DNA of 64,000 bases from positions 21,142,001 through 21,206,000 of the forward strand of contig OZ024762.1 of assembly GCA_964016885.1 (NCBI GenBank). Direction: 5' to 3'. The notes beneath the pieces are model-generated. The model saw only the letters and a program-made list of their open reading frames with translations, searched no databases and was not told the DNA's origin. The translations under genes and the position numbers were made by a program. Position 1 is the stretch's first letter; every line of letters starts with the position of its first letter. The DNA is from Eledone cirrhosa. Taxonomy: Eukaryota. Below are positions 11,074 to 63,417 of the stretch, one piece after another.

Positions 11074-14000
11074 ATGTATGAATGTGTGTTATAAGAGAGG
11101 TGGTGAAAGATTCATTTCTTTACTGATCATTGCCTTTCTCCCTTTCCTTCCCCTAAACCTTTTCCTTACTTTGGTTATTAAGTTTTTTTCCCTCTTTCTT
11201 TTTCTTTTTGTTATTGCAAACATTATATAACCGAATTGAAATTTGTCGAATAAATAAAAGTCCTTTTATCATGTAGGTGATGGGACACCTACCCTGAAAA
11301 AAAAAAAATGTACGTAATGTAAACAAAGACACGCCGCAAGTAAACACACATTCACTTCTGTGTGTGTGTGTGTGTATATATGTGTAAATAATATCCCTTA
11401 TTTTTAAATTGTTTGAGGTTTTATATATCCCCAGGGTACGGTGTTCTATCAACCCGTCAGTGATATATATATATAAAGTATTCTATATATATGTTTACTT
11501 CTCTGAATAAGATATCTTAATCTCCTTTCATTGAGATGTTATGTATATCCACGACGAATTTTCTCCGAAGCCGAGAATGATTCGGTTTCATAAATAGAAT
11601 ATTAGTCTACGACTCCATTTATACCGTGTATTTCTTCTCATCTCTCCACACAACGACATATTATCTTCGTTTTTTCCGTTCATTGCCAGGGAACGTCTCC
11701 ACCAACCAAAGTATCGTCTTTCTGTTTTCCTTCGGTTGCAATGTTTTTCGAAATATTTACTTCTGCGTTCACATTGATTTTTTTTTTAGTTTCAGAAGAT
11801 CCCGTTAAGGGTGAAAGCAGCGATTCTTTGCTTAAACTTTAATCTGTTATTTTAATAAATATTTGCTCTTGGGTTCTTATATATTTGATATATATTTATC
11901 CTTATCAAGCCCTCTTTCCAGCAAAGAGTTACGCCTCTTTATGGTCTGAGTTCAAATCCCGTCGAGGTTAACTTTGCCTTTCATCCTTACGGGGTCGATA
12001 AAAATAAAGTACCAGTAATGCACTGGGGATAATTGCTGGCCTTGTACCAATAGTAGAAACAATTATTATTACTATATATATATATATAAGAACGAAGTGG
12101 AGATGTTACATAGAAGATTTATTGTTATATTTGGGGAGGGTCATATTGTTATATTGCCAGAAATAATAATAGAACACGTGTTTCGGCACATACTGGGTTC
12201 GATTTAATCGACTAAATTACTTTGTCCTTGTCAATTATATTTAATGTATCACTTCATCATTTGTATTTAATGTTAGAAATGATATAAGTGTATGATTTCT
12301 ATCATTTTCTAACATTAAATTGTTTATGGTTCGAGGGATATATCGTTGCTATTGCTAGCATTGTTGAAGACACTAGAAAAGGTCATTCCACAGGTGTTTC
12401 GAGCTGTTTACAAGACTGTTTGATTTGAGGGAGATTTTGATGTTATTTTTAGTATTTGAATATGTGCCTCATAAAATATATATTTAAAAAAAATCAAAGT
12501 TACCAAAATTGATTGATAACATACATTTGATGAAGAAATAAACACACACATTTATGTATGTGTGCGTGCGTGCGTTTTGGTATAACTGTATGTATGTATA
12601 AATATGTGTGTACGTGTGTTTCTAGTATGTATGCGTACCATAATAAAGAATTTGTGCTTCACGTTTAATGAGCGATTTTAAATACAGAAATGACAATTTT
12701 ATAATAAAAAAAATCGGCAACCCTTATGGCATCGTTTAGGGGGCAGCTACCCCTCTCGGTATAGCGTCGTTGACGACGTGGTGGCTTGTCCCCTTTGTAG
12801 TGTCGCCTCTATACAAGATGGCTTGCTGCTATGTACCAAGGTAAAAGTGATGACTTGGTAGTGAGGGTAACCATACCTTGCTTTCTGTATAATTAAACGT
12901 GTGTTTGTCTTTGTTTATGTAGCGTAAAATAGCAGATATCGAAAAAAATATGTATTGGCGTCAATTTAATCGACTAAATCATTTTAAAACAAAAATAACA
13001 GAAACAAAGCGAAGAGGCAGTACAAAGTGTTAATATTTGTGTGTGTGTTTGTAAAGAATGGGTGAGATTCACTTATCCCTATCGTCTACAACATTATGTA
13101 TGTGTATGTCCACACAGGAGTCGCCTTGCTTCTCCATGTATAACTGTGTACGTGTGTGTGTGTGTGTGTAATGGACCGCCGTCGGTTTCGATGATGCCTG
13201 TTCCTGTAAGTGACTGGGCATTCCAGTTTGTACTGTTAACATCGTTCTCAGGGAGATGCATATATATATATATATAGTGTGAGTATGCATGTACATGTAT
13301 ACAGAAGGGGGCCAATTTTGTGATACACTCTGACGCACAGAATCTCCCTGAGAACTACGTTAAAAGTGCACTTATCTGGAATGATCAGTCACTCCAGGTT
13401 TATGTATTATGTATTTCTTTACTTTCGGAGAAGTAAAGAGATAGATATAAAAGAAGAATCGACCCTAGTTCGCAGATACAAACAATTTTTTACACCCAAT
13501 TTTATGATTAAAGCCAGGCGGAGTTATCGTTCTTGAGATTTCACCCTGAAAATTTTCGAGGAACTGATGTCGCTAACTTGGTCATTGTTTCTACTGTTGC
13601 ATCATGGGTAATTAATTGATAAATCGATCAATTTTTTTTTTTAAAGATGAAGTTTTTAAATTTATTTCACATATATCTCTTTTTACTTAACTGTTAAATA
13701 TTTGGGACTTCAGAATTTATCGTAGTCAAATTTAAACACACTGAAATACATACTCTTTTGCCCGTTCCAGTCATCCGGCTGAGACCATGCTGGGGCACCA
13801 TATATATATATATAAAAAAATTTTGGAATTTATTTTAGCAATAACCCTTTTTTATTTAGAGTACTAAAAAAAAATGTGGGCTCGTAGTTTATTGTAGTCG
13901 ATTAGAAAGGCTCACATAGCTACAACAAACATACAGACATGCACGTCGTCTGCTTTCAACCAATTTTCGTAACTTTTTTCTTCTCATAAAACACAACGTT

Positions 14001-14309
14001 AAAGTAATTTTAGTCGATCTCTGCTAGGTAAACAAAGAGACACACAAACATGTGCATAAAATATTAGTGATTTGGTTGTTATTTTTAACATTTTTAGAAA
14101 TTTATATTTCGTGGCTGCTCTTTCCTGCACTCATATTAAACATGTAGTAGGGTCAAATTTTTCCCTTAGAACGTAAAATTAATGGGGTTGGGGGTGGGGG
14201 ACAGAGGAAGTAATTATAACTTTCTTAATAATTCATATTTTGTATCAAACCTTTTCAGAAATAAGTATTAAAATGAGTAGATTACGATTCTGGAGATGAA
14301 AATGATATA

Positions 14310-14405
14310 CAGGATGTCCCAAAAAATTTGACATAATTGAGCTAGACTTAGTAGTTTTCGAGATATTTGCTTTTAAAATGATGTCAAATTTTTTGGGACA
14401 CCCTG
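14310..14405. mobile_element. 96-bp Tc1/mariner-type MITE
   Basis: TA|CAGGATGTCCCAAAAAATTTGACAT ... ATGTCAAATTTTTTGGGACACCCTG|TA. Confidence 0.85.
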
Positions 14406-14692
14406 TACATTCAAGATTAAAAGTACACTTGTTTTCTGTGATTTGGCTGGTATTTCTAGCATTATCTAGGCCGATAAAGGCATATATTTCCTCAGGTAAT
14501 TTTGAGGGAGATATGGTTGATTTTTAAAGCATATTTCAATGCAGCAGCGTTTGTAATTCCACTGATATTTCTTGTAGGATGGATATATATATAGGTGTGT
14601 GTGTGTGTGTGTGAATATTTATATTTGTGATTTATGTTAGTGTATTTCTATGTTCACATATATAATCATGAAGAACTACATGTGCGTGTGTG

Positions 14693-14729
<37 letters not shown>

Positions 14730-14733
<4 letters not shown>

Positions 14734-15091
14734 ACGGCTGGAGAGAATTGAGGCAAACATGCTCCCTTGGATATGCAATGTCAATGTGCGTGAATGACTG
14801 AGCATGGATGAGTTGAGAGAAACTGTGTCTGAGAGTGATAGAATGTAGTGTGCGAGAGAGGAGACTGAGGTGGTATGGACGTGTGATGCACATGGAAGAT
14901 GACCGATGGGTGAAGAAGTGCCAGGAAATGCCAGTTGAAAGAAGACGTGGTAGAAGTAGACCTCGAAAAACATTGGCGGAGGTGGTGAGAGCAGACCTCA
15001 GATTGCTGAAGCTCACGGTGGAGAGATGCTGTGCTGAATAAGACCCGTCCCACCCTTGCAAGCAGGGAAAAGCGGACGTAAAATGATGATG

Positions 15092-15092
<1 letters not shown>
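14730..15092 (+). mobile_element. RTE LINE 3' fragment
   Basis: RRLRWYGRVMHMEDDRWVKKC..RPRKT; (GAT)n tail. Confidence 0.88.
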
Positions 15093-15139
<47 letters not shown>

Positions 15140-15142
<3 letters not shown>

Positions 15143-16413
15143 TCAACGTTTAACGTCCGTGTTCCACGCTTGCATGGGTTTGGACGGGGGTAGTCCCACT
15201 TGAGGCAAGAGTGATTGTCTTGCTCGCATAGGACTGTCTGGCAGGTTTTCTACAGTTGGATGCCCTTCCTAACACCAACCACATTTACAGTGTGGGTCTG
15301 GGAGGTTTTTACCGTGTTGCCTACACGGCCACATTACAGCGTGGACTGTGTGTTTTTTTGTCGTGACACCTACACGATCTCATTTGTTTCGGCCTGGATG
15401 GCGCGGCACCAACATAACTTTACATAGAACGGGGTGGTGTGGATAGGGTGGGGGTGGTGGCGGGACGGGGTGTAGTTTGTTAGAGATGCCTACTGGCAAG
15501 GCGGGTCTTCTCTGTTACTGAGTACCGCCAAAGGTCACGGTCCAGTGACATTGTCTTGGAGAGGTGTAAGTGTGTGAGGTCGGAGTTTATCAGCTCATCC
15601 CATGTTTTTCTAGGTCTGCCTATTCCGTGGCTACCGTCTATCTTTATTGCCCTGCACTTTGTAATACAGCTATCGACTTTCATGCGCATCACGTGTCCAT
15701 ACCAACGCAGCCTTCTCTCGAGTAAACAACATCTGATCCCTCTTATCTCTAATTTTTTCCTTAGTTCGTTTATGCTTTGCCGTTCACGTATATTACTGTT
15801 ACACATCCAGCGGAGCATGCAAGCTTCGTTCCTCTCTAGTCTGCGTATATCCTCTGCACACAATGCCCAGGTCTCACTACCATGCAACATTGCTGTTCGT
15901 ATGCAGGCATCGTACAACCTGCCTTTCATTTTTAGGGAGAACCCTTTAGCAGCTAATAGTGGTATAAGCTCTCTGAACTTTTTCCAACCAGTTCTGACTC
16001 TAGCTACAGTACTTTCAGAGCACCCTCCCCCACTGCTGATTTTATCGCCCAGGTAACGGAAGCTGTCCACTATTTCTATAGAACTCTCTGCGCAATTGAA
16101 AGAGCTAGTATTTTGTGGGCACTTGCTGCTACTTATTGCACCAGAACACCGGCCACATGTAAAGTCTATGTTCTTAGTTAGCTTACCTGTGATCCCACTA
16201 CATCTTTTATGCACCCATACTTTGCATTTAGGACATAAGATGGAGTTTCTACCTACGCCTTTCCTACATACCGAGCACGACCATTTCCCAGAAGGGACCG
16301 CCGCCTTGTTTTCTTTCCTACAAACTAGTACTTTGGTCTTAGCCAGGTTAATTTTAAGTCCTTTTGACTCTAGGCCGTGCTTCCATGTTTGGAATTTCTT
16401 CTCTAGCTCGGCC

Positions 16414-16415
<2 letters not shown>
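15140..16415 (-). mobile_element. Second, shorter copy of the same RTE LINE
   Basis: Near-identical to ~40910-42182 (311-aa ORF differs at ~1 residue); flanked by (TA)n. Confidence 0.93.
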
Positions 16416-16455
<40 letters not shown>

Positions 16456-16889
16456 TAACTGGTTTGGTCCTTTATATTATTATCAATATTTTCAAACAGG
16501 GATTTCATACAAATCAAACCTGAATTGTATTTAGCTTATCTGAATGGTTTATAGTGATAAATATCATAAACTTATATATGTTGGGCTTTGTTTCTATCTC
16601 TCCCCAGTTGCAGTACATTGGTTTGTAGCAAATTTTATTTATTTGAAAATAGACGAAAAACCAATCGTCCTCTTTTGCACCAGTCAAATACTGAGGTCAA
16701 TATAAATGAATGGACTTGTGCCTAAAGTAGAAATCATTTTTTCACATGTTCCCAGTTGGAGAATCACAATGCTATCTTCTATGTGTGTCTGCTAGAGTTG
16801 AATTGAGTTAGATATGATGATAAATTCACAGAAAGAAGGTTCAAAAGATTTTACTTCAAACAATCATTGACACATAAATGTGCCTCAAA

Positions 16890-16985
16890 TAATTTTTTTT
16901 AATAACTTTATTTAAAACAATTTCATTTAAAATAATTTCATTCATTTATTAAACAAATTAATCACAAAATAGTTTTATTTCATTT
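16890..16985 (-). promoter_or_regulatory. Candidate POLQ polyadenylation region
   Basis: Several minus-strand AATAAA hexamers (tttatt on + near 16907, 16945, 16974) ~750-800 nt past the stop; AT-rich context makes this weak. Confidence 0.3.
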
Positions 16986-17061
16986 TTTCATCTATAAAAT
17001 TCATTTGGTGGTTGGTGGAATGAGAATATTAACATCTTTTTAAGGTAATAATGTAGAAATG

Positions 17062-17094
<33 letters not shown>

Positions 17095-17644
17095 CACGAG
17101 GGAGTGATGAAACGTTTCTGGCTTTAAGGGTAGAGTTGTTACCTTTACAGGGAGGTAGGGCCACTGCAATAAGTGTGTGAATCTGAGAGGGGGAGCATGT
17201 TGAGTAAAACCATAATCAACTGATTCTCCTGTATTTTCTTTTACCCAAAGCCAGGAATATTTCAGCACCCTTCTTATACTGTATAAGTTGCATATTCTTT
17301 CATTCAAAATAACCAACATGCAACTTGTAAAGTGGATTTACAAAATACGAGTTTAAAATATAGGTTCCCTTGTAGATATTGCATGTAAAATGGCGGTGTG
17401 ACTTACCTATGAATATGAGTATGTATGATGGAAAACGTGTAAAACAATGATGATGGTGATATATAGACTGGGAATTACTAGTTTTCCACTAAGTACTCAA
17501 TACTTAGAAAAGTAGAGTGTAGGTATTGTAAAGAATTGCCTGGCAGCTGAGTTATCTAGTTGCTGTTGAAATAGCAAGAGCTTAGCCATTGGGCACTAAC
17601 TCTTTACTATATATATATATAATATACATAGACACACACACATG

Positions 17645-17681
<37 letters not shown>

Positions 17682-17720
17682 ATGTATGTATATATAAAAT
17701 AACTGCTTCAAATATCAATA

Positions 17721-57607
<39,887 letters not shown>

Positions 57608-59155
57608 CTTGGGACTGATCCAAGAAAAATAAAGGGCCAATTGCTAGAAATGGAAGAAGACATAAGGAGTCCCCATTTCTGCAATTTCTGAGTTATGTTG
57701 GCATCTTTTCTGAAAAAACAACAACAATATATATTTATGTATATATATTTATTTAGTCCTACATATGCTGGTGTGGAAGATGGACATTAAACAACAATAA
57801 TGATGGTGTATATATTGCATATTTTTCCACATACACACAAAATATCCATAAAACCCAGCATACGACTTATCTTCTATAAATTTTTATAGACAAGCCAAGG
57901 ACTGAGTCAAGAATGTTTAACAAAAAAATTCTGACAAAGGCACAAGTTTACATATTTTGGAGGGCTACAATCAATTTAATCAATCCTCATTCGTGACTAA
58001 CACTGCTGTGTGTGTGTATATATATATATATATATTCAGGGCATATCATACATATACATGTGTGTGTATATAAGATAACATAAGTGCAGTTTAGTGCCTC
58101 CCACCCGATTTAATTTCCATGTAACCTTCTTAATAATGTATATATTTTCAGAGATATATTTTCGAAAATGTGGACTGCAAGAAAATAATAATTTCCAATC
58201 TGGGAAATTTTTTTCTGATCTCATAACAGGGGATTACCTATTATCCAATGTGTCCTTTTTATTTTTCTTAAACGGCGAGTTGAGATTTAAGAGAAATTTA
58301 ACAGTTATTTCTAGCAAATTAAGCGACTACGTAAGAAACTTCCTCGTTCTATTTAAGTTCTATTCCAGTCGCGTCTTCATTCAAATTCGGTCATAGTAAA
58401 CATATATGAAAACTCCGTATTAAATATATTAAAAACATTAACTAATATCATTATTTGTTGTCCCAGCACTGGGTAATTGCTGGCCTTGTGCCTAACGTAG
58501 AAACAATTATTTGTTGTCCCAGTTGTTAATTTCATCATTTTTTCCCATATAAACGTTTCCCGTCTTTTCGTTACCATATTTCTAATTGAAAGTCGCTGCC
58601 TATAATTTTGATTACATAATAATGACAAATTTGAATAAATTTAGTAATATAATTAATTTCCCCATTATTAAACTGGTGATGGAAAGTTTTTAGATAGATA
58701 TAAAAATGTTAAAATGGTAAATTTTTACTTTAAGTTGGAAGATTTTGTTATGTTTTTTTTCTATCAGTTTTAGCGAGTTTTGAACGAATATGACTTCCAA
58801 ACTATAGAAAATTACGTTTGATGTGGTTCCCAGCACCCGAGAACACCACTAAATCCATCACCGAGACGGGTGTAGTAATAAAGATATACTAAAAACATAC
58901 TGAACACTTCATTCATATGTAAAAATAATATCATGTATATTAAAAATAATGTGTATAACGAAAAACAAAGCAAATCAAAATATGACATAATTTTGAAATA
59001 ACCGCGTTAACACGAAACATCTGTTTTGGGAATTGAAGAAAGTCAAATCATGTCTTTTATATTCCTTATTATCATTATTTCATTAACTACGGACTTATTC
59101 AACAAGATTACCTCTCACCTCAAGATAAAATTAAAAAAACCCCGCATAACTTTAC

Positions 59156-59400
59156 CTTTTTCATTAAATCTATGTTCAATAAGTTCTGTTCAGGACATAC
59201 CAGCATTGCGCTCATTATAACACCGGTGTAGTGATTTGATATTCCCCTGCCTAATTTTTGTCCACACAAACATCGGTAACTTGAAATAATTACGAAATGA
59301 CTTATTAAATTTAAAAATAAAGGAAAGATATTTACAATTCATTGAAGTTTGCTTATTGATAAACAAATAGAAATAAAAAGAAAGAGAAAAAATTAGATGG
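59156..59400 (-). other. Putative 5' UTR exon of POLQ (5' boundary unknown)
   Basis: Non-repetitive sequence with an AAG|gtaaag donor at 59155 that can join the acceptor at 57710. Confidence 0.4.
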
Positions 59401-60249
59401 CGAAGTAAGAGAAGGCAAGAAAGGGACGACAGACTCTATACCCCATCTGTTTCGGAATTTATGTTCAGATTACTGGCAGGTAGGATGAAAATGATTTCAA
59501 ATTACGACTCCCTGGGATAGGAAAGCTTGTATGTGATTTCTTTATCACGCATTCTATTATTTCTGACTATCTCCTCAAATTATTCCCCAATATCCTTCGG
59601 AGATTGTGGCTAATATGTGATATTAAAACTAACTCTAATTATTATATTAAACCGTAAATAAATTTGAATATATAAAAGCTACCATTTTTTAAGTAACACC
59701 CAGACAACGCTACAGGTGGAAAACATTTGAAGAATATATATTACGTAAAAGAACAATAAAATAAATATCAATAGTAGAATTTTTCTGAAACTAATATGCC
59801 ATTAGAGTTATTTCCCTTGTTCTTTTTGAAAACGTGGTCAACACTCAGCCTGCTAGAAATAGCTGCCAAATATCTCCTCTTTTTCCCGTTACGTCGTTTT
59901 TAAACAATGAACCGTATAAATACAGAGTGGTCACGGATGGAATAGTATTGATCACAAATACACATTATCGATCGTTCATATGTGATTGATCGTTCATATG
60001 TTAGTAATCATGTATATATGTCATTGATTTCGAAGTTTGGTACAAGGCCAGCAGTTTGGGGATGGGTGAACTCGATTATATCGACCCCAGTACTTTACTG
60101 GTACTTTATTTTATCTGTCCCAGAAGGATGAAAAGCAGAGTTGACTTCGGCAAGATTTAAACAGAACATAAAAAGTCGTAATTTATATGTTACTGATAGA
60201 TTTCTATATGATTGATCCTATACATACATGATTGGTAGTTCATATATTA

Positions 60250-60530
60250 TTGACCCTAGGCATATTATTCCCCCTAGGCATAAGATTCCTTATATGCGAG
60301 GTTGCCCTAGGCATAGAGCACACATAGGCACGTGGTCTCCCTAGGCGCGAGGTACACTTAGGCACGGAGTTTCCTTAGGCGCGAAGTTTTCTTAAGCACG
60401 AGGTCCCTGTAGGTACGGGTTTCCCTTAGGCACGAGTTGCACATAGGCACCATGTCCCCACAACCGCGCGACACACTTAGACACAGGGTGCTCATAGGCG
60501 TGGGTTCCCCTTAGTTGTAGGGACACGAGA
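60250..60530. repeat. Degenerate ~20-21-bp tandem repeat (ccctaggcacgag core)
   Basis: Recurrent taggca/taggcg motif at ~21-nt spacing. Confidence 0.65.
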
Positions 60531-61432
60531 GTGGTGAGTGGCACGAATTATTTTTCATTTCCTTAATATCGATCTCTATTGTCAAATATACACCAATATT
60601 ATGTTAAAGGCACGTGGCTGAGTGGTTAGAAAATTGGGTTCGCAATGGTGAGGTTGGGAGTGCGATTCCCGGACTGGGCAATGTGTTATGTCCTTGAGCA
60701 AGCCACTTTATTTCACGTTGCTATTTCTGTCTGGATTTCTGACAGGTAGATAGTATTACCAATTGGAAAGACCAATGGAAACATTGTTTCCTCGGTCCAA
60801 TTTGAGGAGCTCCAACCCTTTAGCATCTACATTTCTTTATATATACAATTGTATTTTTGTGAGATAATATCGAATCTATGAAATTTTGATATTTATTTCG
60901 AGAACAATACCTTAACAGCAGTATGAGTGGCCGGTTACGGCCAGTTTGAACAGAAAGAGGTGAAAGAATTCTGGCTGGATACAACCGGTTTAAATGCTAA
61001 AGGGTTAAGTGAATAAGGTCTGGGATCGTGTCGATCAACTGTTATATTATGTTTAGAACCCAACTCCCTGTTGCTAGTTCATCCTTGTATTATCCCCTAA
61101 TGTCTTGGGCCCATTTGACTAATAAAAAATACACCTTTATTAGGTTTAGATCCCCAACTCTTTGTTGTTTTGTCGTCCTTGTATTATCCATAATGTCTTG
61201 GGCTCTTGTGATCAATAAAAGATAAGCCATTATATTGTTTAACTCCCAACCAAATACAGCTACTTTAAACTTCGAACTGACAATCTGACTGGTATCAAAA
61301 TTACAATTACGCTGTTAAAATACACCCACACCCAAACATCCACCCCCACACTCATCCACACACATATATATGATAGTCATTGATAGTAGAATCGTATACA
61401 ATCATATGTATGTATATATATATATATATATA

Positions 61433-61833
61433 TGTAGGAGGTGAGTTTTATTGTAGTACAATAAAGCAATGCAGATATCGGATAAGAAGCACTCTACAGT
61501 TTGTAGGACTGGAGTATACATAATATAAGATCAAAAGATGGTTAAAGGAGTTCCATGTATTTTATTATGCGCATTTCAAAAACAAACATCATCATGCAAT
61601 AATATTTGTGTTTTCATCAGATAAAACAGGAGAACATGATATGAAGGCTAAAAAACACTTGTGGATAGTGCAGTTTTAAATCAACATATGCACTATCCAC
61701 AAGTGTTTTTTAGCCTTCATATCATGTTCTCCTGTTTTATCTGATGAAAACACAAATATTATTGCATGATGATGTTTGTTTTTGAAATGCGCATAATAAA
61801 ATACATGGAACTCCTTTAACCATCTTTTGATCT

Positions 61834-61840
<7 letters not shown>
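61433..61840 (-). mobile_element. Fold-back element family P2 (152-bp perfect arms, 16-nt loop, ~88-bp one-sided tail)
   Basis: 61521-61672 / 61689-61840 are reverse complements; flanked by (TA)n; internally deleted copy at 4683-4854. Confidence 0.8.
61733..61803 (+). ncRNA. Type-I hammerhead ribozyme motif (mirror copy 61558-61628 on -)
   Basis: UGUUUUAU-CUGAUGA-AAACACAAAUA..UGUUUGUUUUU-GAAA-UGCGCA-UA-AUAAAAUA; palindromic stem III. Confidence 0.78.
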
Positions 61841-61885
<45 letters not shown>

Positions 61886-61932
61886 TATTTAATTATACAA
61901 GAAATAACACACTATAATTACGTCCAGTACGC

Positions 61933-61998
61933 TCATCTGATGAGCGTACTGGACGTTTCTGTTAGAATCGTCTAGTTTCCTGAAACCTTTGGTAATGA
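61933..61998 (+). ncRNA. Imperfect type-I hammerhead motif inside a partly deleted fold-back (family P4, ~61885-62033)
   Basis: UCAU-CUGAUGA-long stem II (ACUGGACG/CGUCUAGU)-GAAA-CC UUU GG-UA-AUGA; base of stem II mismatched. Confidence 0.5.
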
Positions 61999-62549
61999 AA
62001 TAATTATATTGTGTTGTTTATTATGTAATTAAATTGCTCTGTACTATATATAGAGCACTCTTCTTTCCTCTACCTGTACACACACACATATATATATCGA
62101 AATAAGAGTGGTATATCATAAGAAAAGAGAAGGAACTATGATATAAAATGTTAGATGCCTTAGACAAAGCGAAGTGTGCTCAATGCTTAAAGATGCAAAA
62201 TTAAATATTATACTGGAGTTAATATTTAAGGAGAATTTGTGTACAGGATAAGCAGAACGGGTATATGCAGAAATATATATATATATATATCGAGTACTCT
62301 GGTGCGTTATGGTCCACCTGGTTCCTTACCACACTTCCTTCGTTATATATATATATTTGGTGAGGGCGCGTGGCTAAGTGTTTAGAGAATTGGATTCTCA
62401 ATTGTGAGGTTATGTCTTTATTTCACGTTGCTCCTTCTACCTAGAGTTGCGACCGATAGATAGTATTAGCAATTGGAAAGACAAATGGAAGCATTGTTTC
62501 CTCGGTTCGATTTGACCAAAGTCGTTCGACTGTTATATATATATATATA

Positions 62550-62959
62550 TATATTAATAAGAGGAATTCCAACTTTGTCTGATTTACTCGTTTTATTTAC
62601 AATCCTTTAAAATTTATAATGGTATTATAATGAAATAGTATGATAGAATATTAAATGTTAAGTGTTAATTGAACAAGTACTTTCATGCTTTCGCAATCTT
62701 CAGGTTCATAATATGCGGTGACAGTCAAGTTTGCAATTTTCAACTGTTGAAAATTGCAAACTTGACTGTCACCACACATTATGAACCTGAAGATTGCGAA
62801 AGCATGAAAGTACTTGTTCAATTAACACTTAACATTCTATCATACTATTTCATTATACCATTATAAATGTTAAAGGATTATAAATAAAACGAGTAAATCA
62901 GACAAAGTTGGAATTCCTCTTATTAATATAATCTTCTATACACAAACATACACACCCGT
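62550..62959 (+). mobile_element. Fold-back element family P1, second copy (1-nt loop at 62745)
   Basis: Same arms and tail as 10585-11018. Confidence 0.8.
62782..62820 (+). ncRNA. Minimal type-I hammerhead motif (mirror copy 62670-62708 on -)
   Basis: Identical to 10828-10866. Confidence 0.7.
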
Positions 62960-63287
62960 CTCACACTCTCTCTCTCTCTCTCACTCTCTCACTCTCTATA
63001 CACACACACACACAGAGGGAGGTGTAAGGCGAAGTTACGGTAGGTTCACCCAGGTGAGCACTCGATGTTTAGGTTCATGTCAGTGGCGAGGTGTAGAGCT
63101 AGACAGAGTGTAATGCACGGACGATTTAGTAAACCTTCATATCGTTTATTGATTGGTGACGCGAGTTTCGCTATTGATCAGCTCAAGGTTCGATCTGTAT
63201 CGATCTGGCCCGACTCTGGAATCAAAAGCTCGTCGGACCTTGTTATATCTGTTTATCTTTCACACACACACACACACACGCACACGC

Positions 63288-63319
<32 letters not shown>

Positions 63320-63377
63320 GTGTGTGTGTGTGTGTCTGTGTTTGAATATATATATATGTGTGTGTGTCTCTGTGTGT

Positions 63378-63417
<40 letters not shown>

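Noticed and set aside
12265-12320. ~20-bp AT-rich hairpin
   Set aside because: Short, AT-rich, single copy; plausible by chance or local slippage.
59498-59522. ZNF143/SBS-like promoter motif (attacgactccctgggatag)
   Set aside because: Several mismatches to the consensus and no TSS evidence.
63145-63200. Minus-strand gct-gatcaat-agc-GAAAC-tcgc-GTC followed by AATAAA, resembling a PLE hammerhead
   Set aside because: CUGANGA core absent (accttga) and stem I poor; at most a dead relic.
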